A stretch of 64,000 nucleotides of DNA. It comes from an uncultured Parvularculaceae bacterium. GTDB taxonomy: Bacteria; Pseudomonadota; Alphaproteobacteria; Caulobacterales; Parvularculaceae. The notes under the pieces are model-generated. The model searched no databases. It saw only the letters and a program-made list of their open reading frames with translations, and was not told the DNA's origin. The position numbers were made by a program, and so were the translations under genes. This document shows, in pieces, positions 9,539 to 18,784 of this stretch. The DNA lies in assembly GCA_947259375.1 (NCBI GenBank), contig CAMYLZ010000018.1, positions 55,441 through 119,440 on the forward strand, read 5' to 3'. The first letter of the stretch is position 1. Every line of letters begins with the position of its first letter.

Positions 9539-12500
9539 TCAGAATTGCTGCCGCACCCGGAAAATGAACTGCCGCCCGACCTGATCGGCGTCATAGAAAT
9601 TGCCCGATGCAAAATCGACGCGGCCCGGCCGTCGGTTCATCACATTGTTTACCGCAAGCTGCACCGATGTCGTGTCGAACAAGGTGTATTGAACGGACGC
9701 GTTGTGCAGCAGGTAATCGCCCTGCTGATCATTGATGATATCGGCCGCCGTACACATGGTTCCCGTATCGAGCGGGCTCAATCCGCACAGATATGAGTTG
9801 CCGGTTGCGCTGAACAGCGGCTTGTCCTGCCAGATGGTCCGCCAGAAGAGGCGCAGATTGCCGACATTATAGGTCGTATCGAAGGTGCCTTGCCATTTCG
9901 GATCATCGAACGTGCCGATCGGATCCGACGCTTCTTCATCGAGCACCTGCAACTCGTTCTTGATCGCCCGCAGGATCGTTACGTCAAACTCAATCTCGCC
10001 AAGGTCGGAGCTGGTGTCGTGAATGCCTGTCCAGTTCAATCCGTCTGCGAGATCGACGAACCAGTTCCAGCGCCCTTGAATGCCCTTATAGGCGGAATTC
10101 GCGGCGTTAAGGTTCGTCGTCCGGCCAAATGTGATCTGGCCAGCGGAATCGCGCTGGAATAGATCGTCGCTACAGGCCGGGGTCGTCGGGAAATTGGGGC
10201 TGTCATAACAGGCGACCAGCACCTGCGTCAGACCCAGCGCGGAAATGCGGTCCCGAATATTGATGCGAAAATAGTCGACCGTCAGCGTCATGCGATCGAT
10301 CCAGCGCGGCTGGACGACAACACCCACATTATAGGCTTTCGACTGTTCCGGCATCAGGCCGGGATTGCCTGAATCCGTACCGATGATCGTTGCGTTGACG
10401 ACATTGGAGGTAAAGGGCTGAGTAATGCCCTCCGTGGCGCAGTTCGCCGCCCGCGTCGCCGGCACGAGACCGGCGTCGATGAAACGCGCATCGCACGGGT
10501 CGTCGGCGAACAAGAACGCCTGCACTTCCGGCGAGAACAATTCCACCAGCGACGGTGAACGAATAGCCGTGGTGTAGGAGCCGCGGAAAATCAAGTCTTC
10601 CACCGGCGACCAACGGCCGCCGAACTCATAGGCCTTGGACTTGTTCTTGCCTGAGTTGGCTGGGCCATTGATGTCGTCAATCTTGTCATGCACGCGGCGC
10701 ACCGACGCGCTGAACTCAAGCATATCCATCAACGGCACGCCCATGTCGGAATTAAACACGGGAACAAAAATCTCGCCGTAATATTCAAGCGTGCGGGACT
10801 GGCCGCCGGACGATGCGAATGGCGAGGAGCGCGTTACCGCAAGCGCCGTGCCGAGGCCCGGCGTGAAGACAGCGCGCTCGCGCCGGGTTTCGAAACCGGC
10901 GTTCATGGATATCCAGCCGGCCGGCAATTCGAGCACTTCACCGGTAAGGTTCGCGGTAAAGACCCGCTGCTCATTGTCCGTCGAGGTGATCCGCGGCGAA
11001 CCGGTGACAAACGCAAGAACGCTCGGATCATTGAGCAAGCGCGCATCGCCAAACACGTTGAGCGGCTGACAGCCGTCAGCAAACGGATAGGTATCATCAT
11101 CGCCGGCATCGATGCCGCTTCCGGCGGGCGGTGTGTTGAAGCCGGTAACGTTATCGGAAGCGATGTCGAGATTCACCTGACAGACATTATCGCCAAGTTG
11201 CGCATTGGCGACGCCGCTGAAGCTGTTGCGGTTGAAGTAATCAAGCGCCTCCTGGGCCGTCGTCGCGAAACCCGCATCAATGATCGGTTGCAGGCTGCTT
11301 GCATCCAGCGCCACCGCATCAAGCGCATTGATGAAGCGGCCATCAACGATGCCGAAAGTCTGAGTCTCAATATCAGCCTTGCCGAATACGCCGGAAAGAT
11401 CCCAATCGAACTGCCGGCCGGCAAATTCAAACTCGCCATCCAGCCCGGCAGCCACCCGCCAGGTAAAATTCTCGGTCGAGTTGGCGCCGCCGCTGACAAT
11501 ATCATTATTGAAGCGGTTGAAACCGAAATCGGCGCTGGGCCCGAGCGCACCCTCGATGATGGAGCGCGCCTGGCTGGAAAGAAACGGATTGTCCGTATTC
11601 ATGACCAATGCATCAGACGTTCCCGGAAATGCGAATGTCTGGAAACCGCCCTGAGTCACGAGCTCTGTCGCTTCGGAGTTCGAAAAAGTCGTCTCCGTCG
11701 TGAAGCGGATCGTATCCGTCAGGTCATAATGCGCAAAGGACGAAATATTAATGCGCTCGACCGGCGAGCGGATTTGCGCCACCGAATCGAAAAAGTCGAT
11801 GCCGCAAGTGCCGCCCTGGGCGAAGAATGGCGACGAGGCGCCCGGCGTGCGTCCCGGCTCGCAGGTTTCGAGCTGACCATTCGCCGTGAACTGGTAGAAT
11901 TCACCGCCCACCGAACCAATGCCGAATGAGGGGATGTTGGTCGGCGATGGAGAAACCGAACCGAACTCGCCGAACAATTGCACGACCTGATCGTCATCGA
12001 TCCGGAATTCCTGATCGGGATCGCCGTCGCCATCTGCGTCAACGCCGCTGAAGCCGGTGCCGAAGCTCACGAGGTTCGGGTCGTTGTTAAAGAAATAGTC
12101 CCGGGCGCTGCGCAGCGCGCCTTCCTGCTTGTTGTATTCGACCGACACGGCGACATTGCCGCGGCCATCAGCGAAATTCGAACCGAATACGGTCTGCACC
12201 TGCCATTGATCGAGGTCGCCGTCCTGCGAAGAGCCCCATTGGCCGGAAACTTCGAAACCTTCATAATCATCGCGCAAGATCACGTTGATCGTGCCGGCGA
12301 TAGCGTCCGATCCATAAACGGCAGCGCCGGCGAGCGGCACAACCTCGATCCGCTCAAGCAATGCGACCGGCAACACGTTGAAGTCGACCTGAAGGCCGCC
12401 CGTCGTCGAAAATGTCGTAGGCACGTTTGAAGAAACGAAACGCCTCCCATTGACGAGGGTCAGCGTGCGCTGGGTGCCCAGATCAAACAAGTCAATGAAG

Positions 12501-12829
12501 TTCTGCCCAACGGTAAACGCATTCTGGTCGCCGTTCGGCGTGATGCCCTGGCCGAATGTCGGCACTTCGTTCAGCGCGTCGGCGAGGTTGGTGAATGAAC
12601 GCTTGTCCAGAGCTTCTGCATCGACGGACAACGCTGGGCGCACCGTGTCAATGCCGGCGCGCTCAATGCGCGACCCTGTGACGATAATCGTGTCTTCCTG
12701 GTCTTCCGCATCCGTCCCGTCCTGAGCGTATGCACCTGAATAGGCCGTCATGGCGATCGCTGACGCGCTCGCCGCCAACACCCCGCGTAGGGCAAAATTT
12801 CCGGCCTTGTTTTGATTTCTCATCCTCAT
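9539..12829 (-). CDS. TonB-dependent receptor (~1096 aa)
   Basis: Signal peptide (AYA-Q), TonB box DTIIVTGSRI, plug RTLTLVNGRR and GAAVYGSDAIAGTINVIL, C-terminal GRQFIFRVRQQF; purine-rich RBS before ATG 12829/12823. Confidence 0.95.
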   Translation of the reverse strand: MRMRNQNKAGNFALRGVLAASASAIAMTAYSGAYAQDGTDAEDQEDTIIVTGSRIERAGIDTVRPALSVDAEALDKRSFTNLADALNEVPTFGQGITPNGDQNAFTVGQNFIDLFDLGTQRTLTLVNGRRFVSSNVPTTFSTTGGLQVDFNVLPVALLERIEVVPLAGAAVYGSDAIAGTINVILRDDYEGFEVSGQWGSSQDGDLDQWQVQTVFGSNFADGRGNVAVSVEYNKQEGALRSARDYFFNNDPNLVSFGTGFSGVDADGDGDPDQEFRIDDDQVVQLFGEFGSVSPSPTNIPSFGIGSVGGEFYQFTANGQLETCEPGRTPGASSPFFAQGGTCGIDFFDSVAQIRSPVERINISSFAHYDLTDTIRFTTETTFSNSEATELVTQGGFQTFAFPGTSDALVMNTDNPFLSSQARSIIEGALGPSADFGFNRFNNDIVSGGANSTENFTWRVAAGLDGEFEFAGRQFDWDLSGVFGKADIETQTFGIVDGRFINALDAVALDASSLQPIIDAGFATTAQEALDYFNRNSFSGVANAQLGDNVCQVNLDIASDNVTGFNTPPAGSGIDAGDDDTYPFADGCQPLNVFGDARLLNDPSVLAFVTGSPRITSTDNEQRVFTANLTGEVLELPAGWISMNAGFETRRERAVFTPGLGTALAVTRSSPFASSGGQSRTLEYYGEIFVPVFNSDMGVPLMDMLEFSASVRRVHDKIDDINGPANSGKNKSKAYEFGGRWSPVEDLIFRGSYTTAIRSPSLVELFSPEVQAFLFADDPCDARFIDAGLVPATRAANCATEGITQPFTSNVVNATIIGTDSGNPGLMPEQSKAYNVGVVVQPRWIDRMTLTVDYFRINIRDRISALGLTQVLVACYDSPNFPTTPACSDDLFQRDSAGQITFGRTTNLNAANSAYKGIQGRWNWFVDLADGLNWTGIHDTSSDLGEIEFDVTILRAIKNELQVLDEEASDPIGTFDDPKWQGTFDTTYNVGNLRLFWRTIWQDKPLFSATGNSYLCGLSPLDTGTMCTAADIINDQQGDYLLHNASVQYTLFDTTSVQLAVNNVMNRRPGRVDFASGNFYDADQVGRQFIFRVRQQF

Positions 12830-13343
12830 CCTCTTCCCCTTCCAATGGACAACCGCCATTGCGCGATTACGTCCGCAGCACGACGGCCTGCACCGTCACC
12901 TGCGTGGCTTCCCGGGCGATGGCTGCGCGCTTTATCGAAAAAATACTGGGCGATAGCCGCGCGCCGTCATCGTTGCGGTAACGTCGCGATGACCGCGCGC
13001 TGCATGGAAATCCGGCACTTATCAGATGCCGCGCGCCATCGTCGCATTACTGCGGGTCATGAAACGCAAACCCATAATAACAAGGGAATTTTTTCTTGAA
13101 TACCGAATGTTCCCTCTCCGCGGCGAGGGTATGAACCGCCCGCCTTGCCTGTCAATCTCAATCGGACGGGGCCCTGCATCCAGTTGAAAAGCGTTGCAAA
13201 AAGGCCGCATCGGCGCACCGCTCATGATTTTTAATCTTGCGCTGGCAGGCGGACAATGTCGTCAATAGGCATAAGCGGCGTGAGGGGCGCCGCGCCGGGC
13301 GGATGGGAGTCGTCGCGCCCGATATCGACGTTGGGAGCGCATT

Positions 13344-13955
13344 ATGAGTTTTTCCGGGCTTGTATCAGTTGTTTTTGCTATGAATTTGGCTTTCTTCGCT
13401 CAGCAGGAGGCGGATACCTACACCCTTGAAGATGCGCTGCAGATTTGCGCACGAGTCAAGGATCCGACAGACCGGTTAGCTTGTTTCGAAGGCCTGGCGC
13501 GGTCCGCCGCGCCCGACGCGACGCAGGCGCAAAGCGCAGCGGACGCCGAACCGGCGCGGGATGCGCCCGAAAGCGCGCCGCCCCCGCAAGTCGCCGAGGA
13601 AACGCCGCCGCAATCACAAACGCCCGCGCCCGCCGCCAGCAGCGGCGACGCCGGCGCGCGATATGTGATCATGCGCGCTGACGAGTATGAAGACGAAAAA
13701 CGCGCCATCCAAAAGCAACCAAAGCCGCCGCGCGAGCCTTATGAGGCGACCGTTTTGCGCGCATGGGAATACGCCAATGGCGATTTTTATATCGCCCTCA
13801 CCAATGGTGAAATCTGGAAAAACATGGCGCGCGCGACGCCGCGGCGCATTGAAGACGGCGAAATCATCCGGCTTCGTCCGGGGGTCGTCGGCGGCTGGTT
13901 CATGCAATTCACCACCAAGTCCCGCCCGACCATCAAGGTCAAGAAAGTCGAGTAG
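13344..13955 (+). CDS. Hypothetical exported protein
   Basis: Hydrophobic N-terminus, CARVKDPTDRLACFE Cys-pair motif, Pro/Ala linker, C-terminal beta domain with LTNGEIW. Confidence 0.75.
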   Translation: MSFSGLVSVVFAMNLAFFAQQEADTYTLEDALQICARVKDPTDRLACFEGLARSAAPDATQAQSAADAEPARDAPESAPPPQVAEETPPQSQTPAPAASSGDAGARYVIMRADEYEDEKRAIQKQPKPPREPYEATVLRAWEYANGDFYIALTNGEIWKNMARATPRRIEDGEIIRLRPGVVGGWFMQFTTKSRPTIKVKKVE

Positions 13956-13985
13956 CGCCGGCGAGCTGCGCCAGCGCGAGCTTCC

Positions 13986-14969
13986 CTACGCCCCTTGCGG
14001 CGCGACCTTTGACCAGTCGCGCTTGACGTTCGTCGTCAACAAGAACGGCGATGCGACGAATACAGATGAATAGGTGCCGATAACAACGCCCCAAATCATG
14101 GCGAGCGTAAAGCCGCGAAGCACCTCGCCGCCGAAAATGACGAGCGACAACAGCGCCAGCATGGTGGTGACCGAAGTCATCACCGTTCGCGACAGCGTGT
14201 CATTAATGGACAGATCCAGCACCTCGCCAAGCGGGCGCTGCTTGAAGCGGCGCAAATTCTCGCGCACGCGGTCATAAACAACCACCGTGTCGTTCATCGA
14301 ATAACCGACAATGGTCAGGATCGCGGCGATGATCGCCAGATTGAACTCGAGCCGCGTCACCGCAAACATGCCGAGCGTGATGACGACGTCATGAATGAGC
14401 GCTACGATCGCGCCTAGCGAAAACTGCCACTCGAACCGCAGCCAGATGTAGATCAGCATCATGCCAAGCGCGAGCACAACCGCGATCACGCCCTTCTGGA
14501 TCAATTCGCCGGATACGGTCGCACCGACGACGGATCGGTTGCGAAACTCGATCCCCTCGCCGAGCAACGCGCTTAGCGCGTCCTGCGCGGCGGTCAGCGC
14601 TTCTTGTTGCGCGATTTCGGCGCGGCGCGCCGTTTCATCAGCATCCTCGCCCGGCATCGGCGCAACTTCCTGACGCTCGATCACCACCATCACCGCCTCT
14701 TCAGCGCCGGCGACATCGCGAATTTCCTGGACCTGGACATCGCCAAGCCCCAGCGCGCCCACCGCCTCGCGCACGGAGCCGAGATCAATCGGTTCGTCAT
14801 CGGCCACTTCGATCGTCACGCCGCCCTTGAAGTCGACGCCGAAATTCAGCCCGATGGTCATCAGCGCCGCAATCGACGCAACGATCAGCGCCGCCGACAA
14901 CGCCAGCGCGCCGAAGCGCAAACGTACAAATTGCACCGCCGTCTGATCGGGGATGAGTTTGAGCAACAT
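13986..14969 (-). CDS. secF: Protein translocase subunit SecF
   Basis: LNFGVDFKGG, GYSMNDTVVVYDRVRE, IGTYSSVFVASP. Confidence 0.96.
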   Translation of the reverse strand: MLLKLIPDQTAVQFVRLRFGALALSAALIVASIAALMTIGLNFGVDFKGGVTIEVADDEPIDLGSVREAVGALGLGDVQVQEIRDVAGAEEAVMVVIERQEVAPMPGEDADETARRAEIAQQEALTAAQDALSALLGEGIEFRNRSVVGATVSGELIQKGVIAVVLALGMMLIYIWLRFEWQFSLGAIVALIHDVVITLGMFAVTRLEFNLAIIAAILTIVGYSMNDTVVVYDRVRENLRRFKQRPLGEVLDLSINDTLSRTVMTSVTTMLALLSLVIFGGEVLRGFTLAMIWGVVIGTYSSVFVASPFLLTTNVKRDWSKVAPQGA

Positions 14970-14984
14970 GGGAAATCCCCTCGC

Positions 14985-16619
14985 TTAAAGCTTGATTTCT
15001 TTTGGCCGGGCGCCGAGCAAATATCGACCTGCAAACAGCCGCGTCAGCACATAGGCGGTGAAAACGGACGTCACGACGCCAACCGCCAATGTGATCGCGA
15101 AACCGCGCACCGGACCGGCGCCAAGCTGGAACATGATCAACGCCGCCAGGAAGGTCGTGATATTAGCATCGACGATCGCTGAACGCGCCTTGTCATAACC
15201 GACTTCGGCCGCCTTGATCGGCGTCTTGCCAGCGAGTGTCTCCTCGCGGATGCGCTCGAAAATGAGAACATTTGCGTCCACCGCCATGCCGATGGTGAGG
15301 ACAATGCCGGCGATGCCCGGCAAGGTCAGCGTCGAGCCGAGCAGCGACAAGACGCCGGCGATGAGCACCACATTGGCCAGCAATGCAATATCCGCAAAGA
15401 CGCCAAACCGGCCATAGCTTATCACCATATAGATGATGACCGCTGCAAAGCCGAGAATCAGCGCCATGGTTCCGGCCCGGACCGAATCCGCGCCGAGGCT
15501 GGCGCTGACCGAGCGCTGGTCGAGCGTCGTCAATTCGGCCGGCAGCGCGCCGGAACGGATCAGCAGCGAGGTCTGCGCCGCTTCATAGGCGGAGAAGCGA
15601 CCGGTGATTCGTCCTGAGCCTTGCGTGATCGGCGTCTGGATATTCGGCGCGGAGATGATTTCGTTATCGAGAACGATGGCGAATACCGAACCGACATTGT
15701 TGCGGGTGTAGTCTGCAAAACGGCGCGCGCCGCGCTGGTCGAAAGCGAAATTGATCTGGAAACCGCCGCCCTCGCTATTTGGCCCCGCCGATGCGTCCTG
15801 GACCATGTCGCCGGTCACCTCGGCGTCTTCATAAAGCACCAGCCCGGGCCGCCCTGAGCCTTCAAGCTCGCCGAACGGCACAAAAATCCGCCCCGGCGGC
15901 AACAGACCCTGCATCGCGTCTTGCAGGCTGACCGTCGGGTCGTGCCGGTGAAAGCTGAGTTGGCCGGTGCGGTTAATCAGATCTTTGAGCGCCTGCGGAT
16001 CGTTATCGCCGGGCACCTGAACGACGATGCGGTCAGCGCCCTCGGGCGCGATCAGCACTTCCTTGTTGCCGGTCGGGTCGATCCGGCGGCGCACCACCTC
16101 GATTGAATCGCGGACCGCTTCCGTTGCGTAAAAGGTCTGCGCCTCCTGGGTCATCGTCACCTGGATGCGACCGGCGCCGGCGCTCACTGTATAAGCCCGC
16201 AGGCCGAGCCCCAACGCGCCGCCAATACCGCCGCGGGTCAGTTCGCGAACGCGCTTTACCGCTTCATCCGATTGCGCCGCATCGGCAATGCGCAACGTGA
16301 TGGCCTTGGCGTCGTCGTCATAAGCGATTCCATCGATGGAAACCCGCTCGCGGTCCGCCGCCCGGTTCGGCCGCATATCGCGCCGGATATCCGACATCAT
16401 CGAGCGCATGCGGTCATCGATCACCTTTTGCGTGTCGACGCCGAGCAGCAGATAAGTTCCGCCCTGCAGGTCGAGCCCGAGACTGATCGTCCCCTTCGGC
16501 AAAAAGCCCGGCAGGCTTTCGCGCGTCTCCTTGCTAAGCAGATTGGGGACGGCGAACAGCGCCGCCAGCACCATCAAAAGGGCGATGCCCGCGATCTGGT
16601 ATCGTGAAAACTGCAGCAT
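14985..16619 (-). CDS. secD: Protein translocase subunit SecD
   Basis: LGLDLQGG, LTLPGIAGIVLTIGMAVDANVLIFERIREE, GPVRGFA. Confidence 0.97.
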   Translation of the reverse strand: MLQFSRYQIAGIALLMVLAALFAVPNLLSKETRESLPGFLPKGTISLGLDLQGGTYLLLGVDTQKVIDDRMRSMMSDIRRDMRPNRAADRERVSIDGIAYDDDAKAITLRIADAAQSDEAVKRVRELTRGGIGGALGLGLRAYTVSAGAGRIQVTMTQEAQTFYATEAVRDSIEVVRRRIDPTGNKEVLIAPEGADRIVVQVPGDNDPQALKDLINRTGQLSFHRHDPTVSLQDAMQGLLPPGRIFVPFGELEGSGRPGLVLYEDAEVTGDMVQDASAGPNSEGGGFQINFAFDQRGARRFADYTRNNVGSVFAIVLDNEIISAPNIQTPITQGSGRITGRFSAYEAAQTSLLIRSGALPAELTTLDQRSVSASLGADSVRAGTMALILGFAAVIIYMVISYGRFGVFADIALLANVVLIAGVLSLLGSTLTLPGIAGIVLTIGMAVDANVLIFERIREETLAGKTPIKAAEVGYDKARSAIVDANITTFLAALIMFQLGAGPVRGFAITLAVGVVTSVFTAYVLTRLFAGRYLLGARPKEIKL

Positions 16620-16676
16620 GAGGGACCCTGGTCTCGGCGCGCCTGACGCGCGTTCTTCTGGTTCGGCTTTTGGCGT

Positions 16677-17009
16677 TTACTTGTCGTTCGCCGCGGGCTG
16701 AGGCTTGGTGCGGACGTCCGACAAGGTTGATTTCACCACCTTGACGGTGACGTTCTCGGCGAGTTCGACCATCACTTCCTCGCCTTCAAGGACTTTCGTC
16801 ACCTTGCCGACAATACCGCCGGCGGTGACGACAACATCGCCGCGGCGCACATTGGAGACCATTTCCATGTGCTTTTTGCGCGCGGTCATCTGCGGGCGAA
16901 TAAGGAGAAAATAGAAAATCACGAAAATCAGGACCAGCGGCGCCATCTGGATCAACGGATTGGCGCCGCCGCCCTCGGCGGCCTGCGCGTAAGCGGGCGA
17001 AATAAACAT
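16677..17009 (-). CDS. yajC: Preprotein translocase subunit YajC
   Basis: MFISPAYAQ...FYFLLIRPQ...RRGDVVVTAGGIVGKV; GGGAG RBS; lies upstream of secD. Confidence 0.95.
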   Translation of the reverse strand: MFISPAYAQAAEGGGANPLIQMAPLVLIFVIFYFLLIRPQMTARKKHMEMVSNVRRGDVVVTAGGIVGKVTKVLEGEEVMVELAENVTVKVVKSTLSDVRTKPQPAANDK

Positions 17010-17168
17010 GCGGGTTAGTCTCCCTTGGGAAGCGACGGACCGATCCCCCCGGGACGAAAACGCCCCTTCCCGGCCCCTTGAAGTCGGCGGATATATAGCG
17101 ATCCATGGGTGTGTTGCAATCCGTCGCGCCAAACGGCGCGTGCTAATCAGGCTTATTTAGGTAATTCT

Positions 17169-17184
17169 TGGCCAGAATTTTGCT
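17169..17184 (+). promoter_or_regulatory. Putative sigma54 (-24/-12) promoter
   Basis: TGGCCAGAATTTTGCT versus consensus TGGCACG-N4-TTGCW, with exact GG-N10-GC spacing, 50 nt before ATG 17234. Confidence 0.55.
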
Positions 17185-17233
17185 CAAGAGAGGCGTCGGC
17201 AAGAAAAAGCCGTAAAGATTCGGCCGTGGGGAC

Positions 17234-18700
17234 ATGACAGCGAAAACCTTAATGCTTGGCTTTGACGGCGGCGACGGCGAATTCATCGATGAGATGATTG
17301 CCGGCGGCGAGCTGCCCAATTTCAGGCGGCTGCGCGAAGCCTCATCGTCCCAGACCATCGTTAACGATCCCGGCCAGGGCAATGTCCAGTTCTGGAAGTC
17401 CGCCGCCATCGGCGCGGGCCCTGGCCATCATGGCCATTATTTCTACCTGCAATTCGACCCGCGCACCTACGACACGCGAGTCGATTATGAGATGGGTCTG
17501 CCGGCGGTCACCCCATTCTGGGCCCGGCTTGACGCGGAAGGCCGCCGCGTCGGCGTGGTCGACTGGTATGAAATGCCTATCGTCCCGCTCAAGAACGGCG
17601 CTTTTATCCATCGCTGGTTGCCTCATGAATCGCTGACCGCGATGGAATGCGCGCCGGAAAGCCTGCGCGCGGAGGCGGCGCAATATGTTACCGACAATCC
17701 CATCGCCGAAAGTTTCGAGTCGCGGCCCCGCGCGACGCCGGAAGCGCTCAAGGATTTCTTCGACCGCCTGCTCAGCCGCATCGAAAGCAAGGCGCGGTTC
17801 TTTGCCGACCAGATCACCCGCGAAGACTGGGATCTTTACATCGCCTGTTTCAGCGACGCGCATAATGCAGGGCACTATTTCATGCATCTCCAGGATGAGC
17901 GCCATGCCCGCTATGACGCGGACGCGGCGGCGCTTCTCCGGGCGCCGATCACCCAATGCTATCGCGCGCTCGACAAGGCCGTCGGGATCATCCTTGACGC
18001 CGCCGGCGAGGATACGGATGTTTTTCTGTTCGCCGGCCCGGGCATGGAGCCGCTGACCAGCGCCAACCCGGCCATGGACGAAATCGTGCGCCGCCTGGAC
18101 CTGGGACTTGGCGCGCCGCCTTCAACTGCTGACGCTGCAAAAAAAACCTATCGATCCTTGCTGCCGGAAAGCCTACGCCGGCGCCTGGCGCCGCTGGCGC
18201 GTTTCGCGCGGCGGCGAACCATCGACAATGAATTTCGGCGGCGCCGGTTTTTCGCCCTGCTGCACGGCGACGGCGCGGGCGTCATCCGCATCAACAAAAA
18301 GGGGCGCGAACGCTTCGGCGTCGTCGCGCCGGGCACTGAATATGACGCCGTGGTCGCGGAAATCAGGTCTAGCCTGATGAGCTTCAAGGATGCCGGCGAC
18401 GGTCGGCCGATCGTCAAGCGGATCGTCAGCACCGCACACGAACTTGACGGCCCTTATTGCGATCTGTTGCCGGACCTTTTCGTCGAATGGGAACGGGCCG
18501 GCCGCGCCGGCGGGTTTCAGCGCATCGTCTCGGACAGGTTTGGCGAAATCGACGTGCCCGCAACGATCCGCACCGGCGACCATCATGAACGCGGATGCCT
18601 GTGGTCGCCGGCGCGCCTCAACTTGCCGACGACGCCGGATTGTCCGGCATCCGTCGCCGCCGCAATGATCAACGCCGTAAGGCGCCGTCACAGCAATTGA
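17234..18700 (+). CDS. Alkaline-phosphatase-superfamily (type I phosphodiesterase-like) protein, copy 1
   Basis: LGFDG...GELPNF..L, W.S...G.GPGHHG, WDLYIACFSDAH, LLPDLFVEW, RTGDH. Confidence 0.8.
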   Translation: MTAKTLMLGFDGGDGEFIDEMIAGGELPNFRRLREASSSQTIVNDPGQGNVQFWKSAAIGAGPGHHGHYFYLQFDPRTYDTRVDYEMGLPAVTPFWARLDAEGRRVGVVDWYEMPIVPLKNGAFIHRWLPHESLTAMECAPESLRAEAAQYVTDNPIAESFESRPRATPEALKDFFDRLLSRIESKARFFADQITREDWDLYIACFSDAHNAGHYFMHLQDERHARYDADAAALLRAPITQCYRALDKAVGIILDAAGEDTDVFLFAGPGMEPLTSANPAMDEIVRRLDLGLGAPPSTADAAKKTYRSLLPESLRRRLAPLARFARRRTIDNEFRRRRFFALLHGDGAGVIRINKKGRERFGVVAPGTEYDAVVAEIRSSLMSFKDAGDGRPIVKRIVSTAHELDGPYCDLLPDLFVEWERAGRAGGFQRIVSDRFGEIDVPATIRTGDHHERGCLWSPARLNLPTTPDCPASVAAAMINAVRRRHSN

Positions 18701-18784
18701 TCAGGCCGGGCCGGCGCCGACAGCGCTTGTTGTGCGTCTGCATTTATGTGATTTCTTTGCGCGGGAACGGGGAGAGCAAGGCAA

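Noticed and set aside
12860-13140. Cobalamin-riboswitch-like fragments on the minus strand upstream of the TonB receptor (GGTTC...GAGAGGGAA, GCCATCGCCCGGGAAG)
   Set aside because: The core CCGGTG-AATCC hairpin, CCCGC-ACTGT and AGACCTGCC elements are absent, and the receptor is much larger than BtuB. An Infernal search would settle it.
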